Of a stretch of DNA of 64,000 bases, positions 36,111 to 45,909 are shown piece by piece. The DNA lies in assembly GCA_963740355.1 (NCBI GenBank), contig CAVUDW010000002.1, positions 2,048,001-2,112,000 of the forward strand, written 5' to 3'. Numbering within the stretch: position 1 is the stretch's first letter; each line of letters opens with the position of its first letter. The notes under the pieces were generated by a model. It worked only from the letters and a program-made list of their open reading frames with translations, did not search any database and was not told where the DNA came from. The stretch comes from an uncultured Gemmatimonadaceae bacterium. Its GTDB lineage: Bacteria; Gemmatimonadota; Gemmatimonadetes; Gemmatimonadales; Gemmatimonadaceae. Position numbers and translations under genes: made by a program.

Positions 36111-39008
36111 CTAGGGACGCCACCCGATCATGAGATAGGCAGATCCCTTGTCCTGCAGCGGCCCGCGGATGATGCGCGCCACGCCGGCCAGAGCGCGCAG
36201 CCGCGGCAACCCCACCAATCCCAGGTAGTCGATGTCGAACCCCTGCTCGAGCCCAACGACCGCCGAATGCCGATCGACGTTCCAGGTCGTGCCAACGGAG
36301 TGCGCGTACACGGTCCCCGGGAGGAACGGCGTCGGTCGTTCGATGCGCAACTCATAGAGCGACGGACCGCGTGCGATTCCCACCGGCAACGCCGGAATCG
36401 ACACGCGCTGGGCGAGCGTCGCATTGTCGCTCAGCGGCGGCGCAAAGCCGCCGGCACTGAACTGCTCGAAGAGCGGCGTGGTGTTGGTGGACCGATGCAT
36501 CCGCGCATCGAGCCGGATGCGACGCGCGCTCAGATAAGCGCCAAGACTTCCGCGCACCGTCTCGCCGTCACCGAGCTTGCCCGCGGCGCCGCGCGCAGAG
36601 AGGCCAGCGCTGGCGCGCCAGCCGATCACGCCACCGATCGCATATTGCGCGCTGATCAACGTGCGCAGGAGACGATCGCGATCGCGCTCCTCGACGCCGC
36701 CGACGAACGCGCTCACGGAGAGGCGTCGTGACAGCGACGAACCCTGCATCGGCAATTCGATCGCCGCAGAAGCGCCAGCCAGGCGGACGTCCGTTGCTGA
36801 CACGTCAGCCGCATTGCGCTGGGCCGTGGCGCGTTGCTCGAGCCAGAACGTCTCGCCGCGCAGGCTCGGTCGGGAGCCGTACCACGCCGCACTGGCCGTA
36901 CCGCCCCGCCAGGCGGCCGTCGTGCCTCCCATCGCGGCGAGCGTCCAGACGAGGCGATTGGCGGGATCGGCGCTGGCGATCACACCGCTGTGCATCAGCC
37001 CATCGCGCGCCATCGCTGTCTGGGCCACGAACCGATAGGTGCGTGGACCGATGCCGTAATTGTGCGGCGCTGGTAGAGCCGCTGTGGCCAACGGAATCCC
37101 TGCCTCACGCGCGCGAGGCATGGCGGGGATCAACTGCGATGCGACACCCGCGAGGGGATCGGCGCCGGCATTCGTGCCGGCGTCGATTCGATGCAGGTCC
37201 ATGCCGCCAGCGTATTCGACGAGGAACAGCACGCCGCCGTCGGGCGTCGGCGCCGGTTCGTACACACTGCCGGTGACGCGTGTGCGCGTCGTCCGCGTGC
37301 CATCGCGCAGCAGCAGTGATTCGACATTCGGAATGCCACCCGCTTCGCTCACGTACACGAGTTGCGTGCCGGTGGCGTCGAAGCTCGCGGAGTGACGGTT
37401 CACATCATCGTCGGGCGTCACCAGTTGCTGCGCGCCCGTCGCCGGATCGACCAGCGCCAGTCGCCATAAACCATCCTGATCCTGCACCCCAGCCACGATG
37501 CGGCTGCCATCGGGCGACCAGCGCGGGTGACTGAACACCCTGGTCGGTGTTCCGTGCGCGAGCGTCGTCACCGCGCCAGTGGAGAGAGTGACGAGCACCA
37601 GGTCACACACCCCTCCAACACATCGCACGCCTGCAGCCCGTGACGCATCGGGTGACGGATCCGCATCCTGCACCGCGGCGCCATCGGTGAGGTATCGCAG
37701 TTCATCGGTGACGGTGTTCCAGACGGCAAGATCGGGGCGCTGCGTGCCATCGCTGCGCACGCTCCACGACTCGAACAGGACCCGGGTGCCTGCGCGATCG
37801 ATGAATCGTGGATTGGCGACGAATCGGCCGCGACGCGGTCGCAGCGTCGCCACTGGCTTCGCGAGGCGCGGGTACACTCGAATGGCCGGCACATCCTGCG
37901 GATCGCGCTTCAGCAGCCGCTCGACCTGTTGCCGCTCGAGCGTCGAGGTGGGCTGTGTGTCGGCGGCGCTGACGACGACGCGCGGCGGCGCGCCGCCAAG
38001 GCCGGGGAGCAGCATCGCCAGCCGCTTGCCATCAGCGCTCAACGCGGGGCCACCCACGGTCCCCGAGAAATGCGCGAGGCGCGTGCCGACCACCAATCCG
38101 GCCTGCCGCAACGCGGTGTCCGCCGCAAACGATTTCGCCGTCAGTTCGGCAGTGAATCGGCCGTACAGCACGGCGGGCGAATCGCCGTACACGCCGCGAA
38201 AGGCTTCGTCGAACGAGCGCGCCACGCGGGCCGTTTGCCGACGGAACACCAGCGTCATCGAAGTGTCGCCACGCTGGGCGGCCAGCCACTCCCAGAACGC
38301 GGAGCCGGCGAGGTAGGCCATGCTGCCGCCCTTGTAGCCGCCACCGCCGCTCATGGCGCCGTAAGTCGGAAGTCTGCCCTCCAGTGCCAGTTCACGGAGC
38401 AGGGCGGGGCGCCAGGCGCCGTGGGGCCGTCCGCTGCCGGTGACCTTGCCCTCGATCCACGTGGCGTACCCCTCGAGTGCCCAGCGCGGCGTCGTAGCCG
38501 CCAGTGGACTCACCTGCGCCGGTGCGAGGTGCCAGTACCACTGCGACCGGCGCGCCGGTCGCGAGAGGTGCGCGATGTGGCCGAATTCGTGCGCGGCGAG
38601 CTTGATGCCCCAGCCGCGATGGTTGGCGATCTGGTCGGTCGGTCCCGGCGGGGTGACCCACAGATGCACCAATGGGGCGCCGATCAGCGGCAGGGCCTTG
38701 CCGTTGGCCACGTTGTATGGGTCGTCGATCAGGATCGCCGTCCTGCCGGGCGGCGCATAGCCCACCAGGGCGGCCACCGCGTCGTGCATGGCGTCCAGCC
38801 GTGGTGCGAGGTCGAGGGCCCATGCGGCGTTGTCGAGGGGGTAGTGCACGTCGAACCACTTCGTGCTCAAGCTGCGCCACGGGCCGCTGCTCCGAACGAT
38901 GTCCTGTGCGCCGCCGGACTCCGGAACGCCAGTCAGGAGAACCAGAAGGAGGGAAAGCGCCAGAAGCCGTGCCGGTTTCGCGCCGTTGACGAAGTGAAAT
39001 GATCGCAT
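36111..39008 (-). CDS. Secreted multidomain protein: HExxH zinc-peptidase-like domain, TolB/PD40 beta-propeller, C-terminal beta-barrel-like region
   Basis: Signal peptide; 'AHEFGHIAHL', 'WALEGYATW'; 'PRWSPDG', 'DPSPDA', 'PAPTPDG' repeats. Confidence 0.78.
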   Translation of the reverse strand: MRSFHFVNGAKPARLLALSLLLVLLTGVPESGGAQDIVRSSGPWRSLSTKWFDVHYPLDNAAWALDLAPRLDAMHDAVAALVGYAPPGRTAILIDDPYNVANGKALPLIGAPLVHLWVTPPGPTDQIANHRGWGIKLAAHEFGHIAHLSRPARRSQWYWHLAPAQVSPLAATTPRWALEGYATWIEGKVTGSGRPHGAWRPALLRELALEGRLPTYGAMSGGGGYKGGSMAYLAGSAFWEWLAAQRGDTSMTLVFRRQTARVARSFDEAFRGVYGDSPAVLYGRFTAELTAKSFAADTALRQAGLVVGTRLAHFSGTVGGPALSADGKRLAMLLPGLGGAPPRVVVSAADTQPTSTLERQQVERLLKRDPQDVPAIRVYPRLAKPVATLRPRRGRFVANPRFIDRAGTRVLFESWSVRSDGTQRPDLAVWNTVTDELRYLTDGAAVQDADPSPDASRAAGVRCVGGVCDLVLVTLSTGAVTTLAHGTPTRVFSHPRWSPDGSRIVAGVQDQDGLWRLALVDPATGAQQLVTPDDDVNRHSASFDATGTQLVYVSEAGGIPNVESLLLRDGTRTTRTRVTGSVYEPAPTPDGGVLFLVEYAGGMDLHRIDAGTNAGADPLAGVASQLIPAMPRAREAGIPLATAALPAPHNYGIGPRTYRFVAQTAMARDGLMHSGVIASADPANRLVWTLAAMGGTTAAWRGGTASAAWYGSRPSLRGETFWLEQRATAQRNAADVSATDVRLAGASAAIELPMQGSSLSRRLSVSAFVGGVEERDRDRLLRTLISAQYAIGGVIGWRASAGLSARGAAGKLGDGETVRGSLGAYLSARRIRLDARMHRSTNTTPLFEQFSAGGFAPPLSDNATLAQRVSIPALPVGIARGPSLYELRIERPTPFLPGTVYAHSVGTTWNVDRHSAVVGLEQGFDIDYLGLVGLPRLRALAGVARIIRGPLQDKGSAYLMIGWRP

Positions 39009-39261
39009 GCAATCAGTAGAAGAAGCCGTCGAGGCCGGGGAGCCGGCGCTGGTCGACAAGGATAGTCGCTCCGGCCGACCCCCTCGCCCTGCGGCCGCTG
39101 GTGCGGGAACTGCCGTTTTCCGTTCGGCGTCCTTCATCAGGGCTTCATCCGGCTCGCATAGCATTCCGAACCGGATATCGCCATCATGCGAGTGACCGCC
39201 GCCGACGAAGCCGGCCGACCCACGTCACCCTCATCCAGCGTCCAGGGGAACTGCGCCGACC

Positions 39262-39654
39262 ATGAAATTGATCACTGCGATCATTCGACCTGAGTGTCTA
39301 GCCGACGTGAAAGCTGCGCTGTTTCGCGCCGGCGTCACCGGCGTGACGTTTTCCCGTGTCTCTGGACATGGCGGCGAGCGCGAAGTGGTGCAGCAGTATC
39401 GCGCTGAGACTGTCGTGCTCGAGTTCCACGAGAAGGTGAAGGTCGAGATGGCGGTGTCGGAGCACTATGTCGAGCCGACGATCGCTGCGATCCTCGCCTC
39501 TGCGCGCACGGGCAACGTTGGTGACGGCAAGATCTTCGTGCAGCACCTCGATCGGGTGGTGCGCATCCGCACCGGTGAGGAAGACACCGCTGCGCTCACG
39601 CCGGTGACTGCGGATGCCGTGCAGCGATTGGCGCAACGTCAGGTGGCGTCATGA
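39262..39654 (+). CDS. glnK: P-II family nitrogen regulator
   Basis: 'MKLITAIIRP', 'ARTGNVGDGKIFV', 'RIRTGE'; coupled to amtB. Confidence 0.93.
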   Translation: MKLITAIIRPECLADVKAALFRAGVTGVTFSRVSGHGGEREVVQQYRAETVVLEFHEKVKVEMAVSEHYVEPTIAAILASARTGNVGDGKIFVQHLDRVVRIRTGEEDTAALTPVTADAVQRLAQRQVAS

Positions 39655-40985
39655 CACCAGAATCGACGCTGGTGGCGGGCGACACGGCATGGGTGCTGAT
39701 GTCGACGGCCCTCGTGCTGATGATGGTGCCCGGCCTCGCCTGTTTCTACGGCGGGCTGACGCGCAATCGTGCGGTGCTGAACACGATGCTGATGAGTTTT
39801 GGCGCGCTCGCCGCGATGTCGGTGTTCTGGGTGGTGGCCGGCTACTCGCTCGCCTTTTCGCATGGTACGGCATGGCTGGGTGATCTGGCCTGGGTGGGAC
39901 TCAAGGGTGTGGACGGCTCACCGAATCCGACCTACAGCGCCGGGATTCCGCACGTCCTGTATGCGGCGTACCAGATGATGTTCGCGGGCATCACGGTGGC
40001 CTTGATCAGCGGTGCCGTCGTTGAGCGCATGCGCTTTCCGGCCTTCCTGTTGTTCGCGCTGTTCTGGGGCGCCCTGGTCTACGTGCCACTGGCACACTGG
40101 GTGTGGGCCGATGGTGGCTGGCTGCGTTCACTCGGTGCGCTCGACTTTGCCGGTGGCACCGTGGTGCACATCAGCGCAGGTGTTGCGGCGCTGATTCTGG
40201 CTCGGATGCTGGGCCGCCGACATGATGCGGGACGCACGGCGATTCTTCCGCACAACGTGCCGCTCACGTTGCTCGGTGCCGGCATCCTGTGGTTCGGTTG
40301 GTTCGGCTTCAATGCCGGATCTGCGCTGGCCGCCAATGGCCTGGCCGCCAATGCCGCGATCACCACGCACACAGCGGCCGCCGCTGGGCTGCTGGCGTGG
40401 ATCGGAGTCGAGTTCATTCGCACGCGGCACGCGACGGCCGTTGGTGCGGCCACTGGTGCCGTGGCGGGCCTCGTGGCCATCACGCCGGCCGCCGGTTTCG
40501 TGTCGCCGATGTCTGCGGTGGCGGTGGGTGCATTGGGCGCGGCATGTGCGTACGCGGCCATCCAGCTTCGCGCCAAGACGGCGATCGACGACGCCCTCGA
40601 CGTGTTTGCCTGTCACGGCGTCGCGGGTATCGTCGGCGCACTGGCCACCGGCGTGTTTGCCACCAAGGTGATCAACAAGGATGGTGGCGATGGCCTCATC
40701 ACCGGCAATCTGCACCTGCTCGGAGTGCAGGCGATCGCCGTGCTGGCCACGATCGCGTTCGTCGCGATCATGACGCCCGCCGTGGTGCTGCTGGTCAACG
40801 CCATCACCAAGATCCGCCTGACGCTTGCCGACGAACTCTCAGGGGTGGACACGAAGGAACACCGCGAAGAGGCCTATCATGCAGGCGGTCTCGCCGAGTT
40901 CGCGGGGCAGGCCTTCACACTCGGCCAGCGCGTCGTGTTGCCGGCACACGAGGTGTATGGTCAGGCACTCTCAGGCGGCGATTGA
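39651..40985 (+). CDS. amtB: Ammonium transporter
   Basis: 'GDTAWVL', 'DFAGGTVVH', 'LWFGWFGFNAGS', 'DDALDVFACHG'. Confidence 0.95.
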   Translation: MTPESTLVAGDTAWVLMSTALVLMMVPGLACFYGGLTRNRAVLNTMLMSFGALAAMSVFWVVAGYSLAFSHGTAWLGDLAWVGLKGVDGSPNPTYSAGIPHVLYAAYQMMFAGITVALISGAVVERMRFPAFLLFALFWGALVYVPLAHWVWADGGWLRSLGALDFAGGTVVHISAGVAALILARMLGRRHDAGRTAILPHNVPLTLLGAGILWFGWFGFNAGSALAANGLAANAAITTHTAAAAGLLAWIGVEFIRTRHATAVGAATGAVAGLVAITPAAGFVSPMSAVAVGALGAACAYAAIQLRAKTAIDDALDVFACHGVAGIVGALATGVFATKVINKDGGDGLITGNLHLLGVQAIAVLATIAFVAIMTPAVVLLVNAITKIRLTLADELSGVDTKEHREEAYHAGGLAEFAGQAFTLGQRVVLPAHEVYGQALSGGD

Positions 40986-41016
40986 CGCCTGAGAGTGGCT
41001 CGGGGTGGAACGGAAA

Positions 41017-41047
41017 CGGGGCGCTCTTCTACATGAAGAGCGCCCCG
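41017..41047. terminator. Hairpin between convergent amtB and a small ORF
   Basis: cggggcgctcttc/gaagagcgccccg stem. Confidence 0.65.
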
Positions 41048-41077
41048 CGATGTTTCCTTCAGCCTGCGCGTGGCAGG

Positions 41078-41251
41078 TCAGCTGCGCTGATTGGGCTTGG
41101 CCACGATCTTGTCCTGCAGCCACGTCATCGGCACGATGAAGAGTGGGCTGAGGAATGAACCGAGCAGCACGTTGATCCAGGTCAGTGCCAGGAAGTACGC
41201 GCCAAGGCCGATTCCCATCCAAAGAGTGCCGAGAATGCCGTTCGTTTCCAC
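41078..41251 (-). CDS. 57-aa small membrane protein (below the ORF-track cutoff)
   Basis: GGAG-N5-GTG start; METNGILGTLWMGIGLGAYFLALTWINVLLGSFLSPLFIVPMTWLQDKIVAKPNQRS; host-like GC3 codon use. Confidence 0.65.
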   Translation of the reverse strand: METNGILGTLWMGIGLGAYFLALTWINVLLGSFLSPLFIVPMTWLQDKIVAKPNQRS

Positions 41252-41288
41252 GCCAACTCCACCGGTTGAAGGTCAGGGCGGAATGGTA

Positions 41289-42305
41289 ATGACGACGTCG
41301 CCTCGATGGGAGGGGTTGTCCGTGACGCTGGACCGCCGCGTGGTGCTCGCGGTGTCCGGTGGTGCCGATTCGATGGTGATGGCGTCGCTGCTCTGTGACA
41401 TGGCGCCGGCGCGTGTGGCGGCCGTGGCAACCTTCGATCATGGCACCGGGAGCGCGTCACGCGACGCGGCAGCGCTGGTGCGCGACTGGGCCACCGCAGT
41501 CGGTGTGCCGGTGCGAGTCGGTCAGGCGAGCGACCTGCCGCGGACCGAATCGGCATGGCGCCAGGCACGCTGGCGCTTCTTGCGGACGGTAGCGGCAGAA
41601 TTCGAGTCGCCGGTCGCGACCGCGCATACCGAGGACGACCAGGTCGAAACGGTGTTCATGCGTTTGCTGCGACACTCCGGCGTGCGCGGCCTCGCGGGGC
41701 TGCTGGCGCCGGGCCCGGTACTGCGACCGATGCTCGGCCTTACTCGCGAGCAGGTTCGGGCGGCGGCGGCCAGGGCGGGCGTCCCGTTTCTCGATGACCC
41801 GTCGAACACCGATGTGCGGCATCTGCGGAACAGGGTGCGGCGCGAGCTCCTGCCACGCCTCGAGCGCGAGTCGCCAGGGTTCCGCGCCTGGCTGCTCTCG
41901 CTCGGCGCTGCAGCCGCGACGTGGCGACGCGAGGTGTCGGAGGCCGTCGATACACATTGGGCCCCTATCCTGCAGGACGAGGGGATGGTGCTGGTGCCGC
42001 GGCCCCGCGGGCGAGTGCCGTCGGAGAGCGAGGCCGCACTGTTCTGGCCGGAAGTCGCGGGACGGGTGGGCGTGGCGCTCGACTGGCGAGGAACCGCCCG
42101 GCTGGCGTCGTTTACAACGAAGCGGATCAGCGGGAAGAAAATGCCGCTTTCGGGGGGCGTTCAGGTGAGCAGCAGCAGGGAAGGATGGCTTCTTGGACCC
42201 GGCCGGGTAGCGGCCGCGGCAGCGGCCCCCCCAAACGGCTGGCACCGCGGAACACCTGATCGAGCTTTATCTTCTGCAGAGAGCGGGAAGAGGACCGGTG
42301 GCTGA
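41289..42305 (+). CDS. tilS: tRNA(Ile)-lysidine synthase (short form; start approximate)
   Basis: PP-loop 'AVSGGADS', 'TAHTEDDQVET', 'DPSN', 'RNRVR'. Confidence 0.9.
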   Translation: MTTSPRWEGLSVTLDRRVVLAVSGGADSMVMASLLCDMAPARVAAVATFDHGTGSASRDAAALVRDWATAVGVPVRVGQASDLPRTESAWRQARWRFLRTVAAEFESPVATAHTEDDQVETVFMRLLRHSGVRGLAGLLAPGPVLRPMLGLTREQVRAAAARAGVPFLDDPSNTDVRHLRNRVRRELLPRLERESPGFRAWLLSLGAAAATWRREVSEAVDTHWAPILQDEGMVLVPRPRGRVPSESEAALFWPEVAGRVGVALDWRGTARLASFTTKRISGKKMPLSGGVQVSSSREGWLLGPGRVAAAAAAPPNGWHRGTPDRALSSAESGKRTGG

Positions 42306-42319
42306 CTGGCGCTTTCCCC

Positions 42320-42345
42320 GTAGCACTGGCAAGTAGCACTGGCAA
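42320..42345 (+). repeat. 13-bp tandem direct repeat GTAGCACTGGCAA x2
   Basis: Exact duplication in the tilS-hpt intergenic region. Confidence 0.8.
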
Positions 42346-42423
42346 AGTGATCGTCTGGGTACAGGGTGTGCCGCAACGACGCGCAACACGATGACCGGGT
42401 GTCATCGGGAGACGACTGACGCA

Positions 42424-42978
42424 GTGAGCGACGTGTCGACGGCGGACCCACGGTTGGAAGGACGCGCGGTGAAGCGCGTGGTGTACGATGAAGGGACGCT
42501 GGCAGCGAAGTGCAAGCAGCTTGGCGCGGAGATCACGGCCGCCTATCCGGACGGCGATCTCCTTGTGCTTGGCCTGCTGAAGGGCAGCTTCATCTTTGTG
42601 AGTGATCTGGTGCGGCAGGTGCACCGGCCGCTCGCGGTCGACTTTCTGGTTGCCTCGAGCTATGGCGATGCCACGGTCTCGAGCGGTGTCGTGCGCCTGC
42701 TGTATGATCCGGAGACGACGCTGGAAGGGAAGCACATCCTGCTGGTCGAGGATATCGTGGACTCGGGGCGCACGCTGGAGCGTCTCGTCACATTGCTGCG
42801 CGAGCGAAACCCGGCGTCGCTCGAGATCTGTGCCCTGTTGCACAAGCACATCGCGACCGAGTTGTCGCACCCGGTGCGGTTCGTTGGTTTTGATGCGCCG
42901 AACGAGTTCCTGGTCGGGTACGGCCTGGATCACGCTGAGCGCTTCCGTCACGTTCCTTACATTGCGAGTCTGCTGTAA
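42424..42978 (+). CDS. hpt: Hypoxanthine phosphoribosyltransferase (start approximate)
   Basis: 'LKGSFIF', 'SSYG', '[13 protein letters not shown]', 'FLVGYGLD'. Confidence 0.95.
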   Translation: MSDVSTADPRLEGRAVKRVVYDEGTLAAKCKQLGAEITAAYPDGDLLVLGLLKGSFIFVSDLVRQVHRPLAVDFLVASSYGDATVSSGVVRLLYDPETTLEGKHILLVEDIVDSGRTLERLVTLLRERNPASLEICALLHKHIATELSHPVRFVGFDAPNEFLVGYGLDHAERFRHVPYIASLL

Positions 42979-44981
42979 TGCCCGTCATGCCGAACAACCC
43001 GAGCCCCAACAAGGGCGGTGGTTTCAACTGGGGCAAGTTCTCGAAGACGCTTGCCTTCTGGGTGCTGATCATCCTGATCCCCGTCACCTTCGTCACGTTG
43101 ACGTCGCGCGGGAACTCTGACGCGCCCGTCCTCACGTGGACGCAATACGACCGTGAATTGACGAAGGGCAACCTGAAGAAGGTCGTCGTCGTCGAGGGTC
43201 GTGAAGTCCAGGTGGAGACGAAGAACCCGATTTCCGTCGACGGCAAGGAAGTCACGCGCTTCTCGGCCGCGCTGGTCGGTGACATCACCGAAGAGGACAA
43301 GAAGGCGCTGCGCAATGCCGGCGTGGATGTCAGTGCCAAGCAGGCGCGCACCTCGATCGCCTCGGTGTTGATCAACATCCTGCCGTACGTGCTGCTGTTC
43401 GGCTTCTGGCTGTTCCTCTTCCGGCAGATGCAGGCCGGTGGCGCGAAGGCGTTCTCGTTCGGCAAGAGCAAGGCGAAGCTGCTCACCGGTGACACGCCGA
43501 AGGTCACCTTCGCCGATGTCGCAGGTGCCGATGAAGCGAAGGTCGAGTTGCAGGAAATCATCGAGTTCCTGAAGGACCCGCAGAAGTTCACCAAGCTCGG
43601 TGGCCGCCTGCCGAAGGGCGCGCTGCTGGTGGGACCGCCGGGCACCGGCAAGACGCTGCTGGCGCGCGCCGTTGCTGGTGAGGCCGGTCGTCCGTTCTTC
43701 AGCATGTCAGGCTCCGACTTCGTCGAGATGTTCGTCGGCGTTGGCGCCAGCCGCGTGCGCGACCTGTTCGAGCAGGGCAAGGCGAGCGCACCGTGCATCA
43801 TCTTCATCGACGAAATCGATGCCGTCGGCCGCCATCGCGGCTCGGGCATGGGCGGTGGGCATGATGAGCGTGAACAGACGCTCAACCAGCTGCTGGTCGA
43901 GATGGATGGTTTCGAGTCGAATGAAGGCGTGATCCTGATCGCCGCCACGAACCGTCCTGACGTGCTCGACCCGGCGTTGCTGCGTCCCGGCCGTTTCGAC
44001 CGCCAGATCGTGGTCGATGCGCCGGACCTGCGCGGTCGCGAAGGCATCCTGCGCGTGCACATCCGCAACAAGCCGATCGCCGATGATGTGGACGTCACCT
44101 CGCTGGCGAAGGGAACGCCGGGTATGGCCGGTGCCGACCTCGCCAACCTGGTCAACGAAGGCGCGCTGCTGGCGGCGCGTCGCGGGCACGACAAGATCTA
44201 CATGGTCGATCTCGAAGAGGCGAAGGACAAGGTGCAGCTTGGCGCAGAGCGGAAGTCGCTCGTAATGCGTGAGGAAGAGCGTCGCCTGACCGCCTACCAC
44301 GAGGCTGGCCACGCCGTCTGCGCGATCAAGATCAAGGGCAACGATCCGCTGCACAAAGTGACGATCGTGCCGCGCGGGCGCGCACTGGGTGTCGCCTTCA
44401 CGCTGCCGGAAGACGATCGCGTCAGCGTCACGCGCGAGCAGATCGAGGCACGCCTCGTCATGGCGTACGGTGGTCGGACGGCGGAAGAGCTGATCTTCGG
44501 CCGCGATCATGTGACCACGGGTGCCAGCAGCGACATCCAGCAGGCCACTGGCATTGCGCGACGCTATGTGTCGCAGTGGGGCTTGTCGGACGCCGTCGGC
44601 CCGATCCTCGTCGGTGACAACGAGCAGGAGATGTTCCTTGGGCGCGAACTGACCAGCCGTCGCGAAGTGAGCGAAAAGACGGCGCAGCTGGTGGACGCTG
44701 AAGTCAGCCGCGTGATCAAGGAAGCGTACAACCGTGCGCGCATGGCGCTGGAAGAGAACATCGACCTGCTGCACTCGCTTGCCAAGAACCTCCTCGAGCG
44801 CGAGACGTTGACGCGCGAGGACATCGGCATGCTGGTGCAGGGCATGATCCTGCCGCCGCGGGTCGATCCGCCGTCGAACCTCACGCCACCTGTGGTCACG
44901 CCACCCGTCGTGGCCGCGGTGCCGGAGCCGCGTCGCGTGTCGCCGCCACTGCTTGGCGGACCTGGCATCCAGCCGGCGTGA
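42978..44981 (+). CDS. ftsH: ATP-dependent zinc metalloprotease FtsH
   Basis: Two TM helices, Walker A GPPGTGKT, 'FIDEID', SRH '[10 protein letters not shown]', HEAGH. Confidence 0.97.
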   Translation: MPVMPNNPSPNKGGGFNWGKFSKTLAFWVLIILIPVTFVTLTSRGNSDAPVLTWTQYDRELTKGNLKKVVVVEGREVQVETKNPISVDGKEVTRFSAALVGDITEEDKKALRNAGVDVSAKQARTSIASVLINILPYVLLFGFWLFLFRQMQAGGAKAFSFGKSKAKLLTGDTPKVTFADVAGADEAKVELQEIIEFLKDPQKFTKLGGRLPKGALLVGPPGTGKTLLARAVAGEAGRPFFSMSGSDFVEMFVGVGASRVRDLFEQGKASAPCIIFIDEIDAVGRHRGSGMGGGHDEREQTLNQLLVEMDGFESNEGVILIAATNRPDVLDPALLRPGRFDRQIVVDAPDLRGREGILRVHIRNKPIADDVDVTSLAKGTPGMAGADLANLVNEGALLAARRGHDKIYMVDLEEAKDKVQLGAERKSLVMREEERRLTAYHEAGHAVCAIKIKGNDPLHKVTIVPRGRALGVAFTLPEDDRVSVTREQIEARLVMAYGGRTAEELIFGRDHVTTGASSDIQQATGIARRYVSQWGLSDAVGPILVGDNEQEMFLGRELTSRREVSEKTAQLVDAEVSRVIKEAYNRARMALEENIDLLHSLAKNLLERETLTREDIGMLVQGMILPPRVDPPSNLTPPVVTPPVVAAVPEPRRVSPPLLGGPGIQPA

Positions 44982-45012
44982 GTGCTGTACACCTGACCGT
45001 AGCGCGCGCCTG

Positions 45013-45900
45013 ATGGCGCTCGATGATCCACGTACGACGCAGACGCCACCGGCCGCCAACGCGGCGCGGTGGCGTTTGCGTGAGGGGTCACTCGATCTCG
45101 CAGTTCCGCACATCATGGCGATCTGCAACGTCACCCCTGACTCGTTCAGCGATGGCGGGCAGCACTACTCGGTCGACCTTGCGCTGCGGTTCGCTGAGTC
45201 GGCGCTGCGTGATGGCGCGACGATCCTGGATATCGGCGGCGAGTCGACTCGGCCGGGTGCGCAGCCAGTACCCGTCGAGCGCGAACTGGCACGGGTCATC
45301 CCGGTGGTCGTGGCGGTACGCGAACGCCTTCCCGAGCTGATCGTCTCGGTCGACACGGTGAAGGCGACAGTCGCGCAGGCAGCCCTCGACGCTGGCGCGC
45401 ACCTGGTCAACGATGTGTCAGGCGGCCGCCTCGATGACCGGATGTTCGATGTCGTGGCGCGCACCGGGGCAGGGATGGTGTTGATGCATTCGCGCGGTGG
45501 CGTGCCTGACATGGCATCGTACGCGATGGCGAGCTACGGTGCCGACGTCACCGGGGAAGTCTGCAAAACGTTGCAGGAGCGCGTCGTCGCGGCTCGTGCG
45601 GCCGGGATTTCCGACGATGCGCTGGTGCTCGATCCAGGGCTCGGGTTCTCCAAGACCTCAGAGCAATCCATCATCGTGTTGCACGAATTGGCACGCATCG
45701 TGGCACTTGGATTTCCGGTGCTGGTTGGCGCCTCGAGAAAGCGCTTCATCGGTGAGCTCACCGGTGTACAGGAGCCCTCGGCGCGAGCGCTTGGCAGTGC
45801 CGTGGCGCATGCGCTGGCGGTGATGCGCGGTGCGCGCATCGTGCGCACCCATGACGTTCGGCAAACGCGAGAGGCACTCGCCGTCGCCGCACGGTGCTGA
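45013..45900 (+). CDS. folP: Dihydropteroate synthase
   Basis: 'NVTPDSFSDGG', 'DIGGESTRPG', 'DPGLGF', 'SRKRFIG', 'RTHDV'. Confidence 0.96.
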   Translation: MALDDPRTTQTPPAANAARWRLREGSLDLAVPHIMAICNVTPDSFSDGGQHYSVDLALRFAESALRDGATILDIGGESTRPGAQPVPVERELARVIPVVVAVRERLPELIVSVDTVKATVAQAALDAGAHLVNDVSGGRLDDRMFDVVARTGAGMVLMHSRGGVPDMASYAMASYGADVTGEVCKTLQERVVAARAAGISDDALVLDPGLGFSKTSEQSIIVLHELARIVALGFPVLVGASRKRFIGELTGVQEPSARALGSAVAHALAVMRGARIVRTHDVRQTREALAVAARC

Positions 45901-45909
45901 GCCCCCTCG

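Noticed and set aside
42788..45134. Long antisense ORFs opposite ftsH (also opposite gdhA, selO and the P-type ATPase)
   Set aside because: Typical antisense shadows of high-GC3 conserved genes, with no recognisable motifs.
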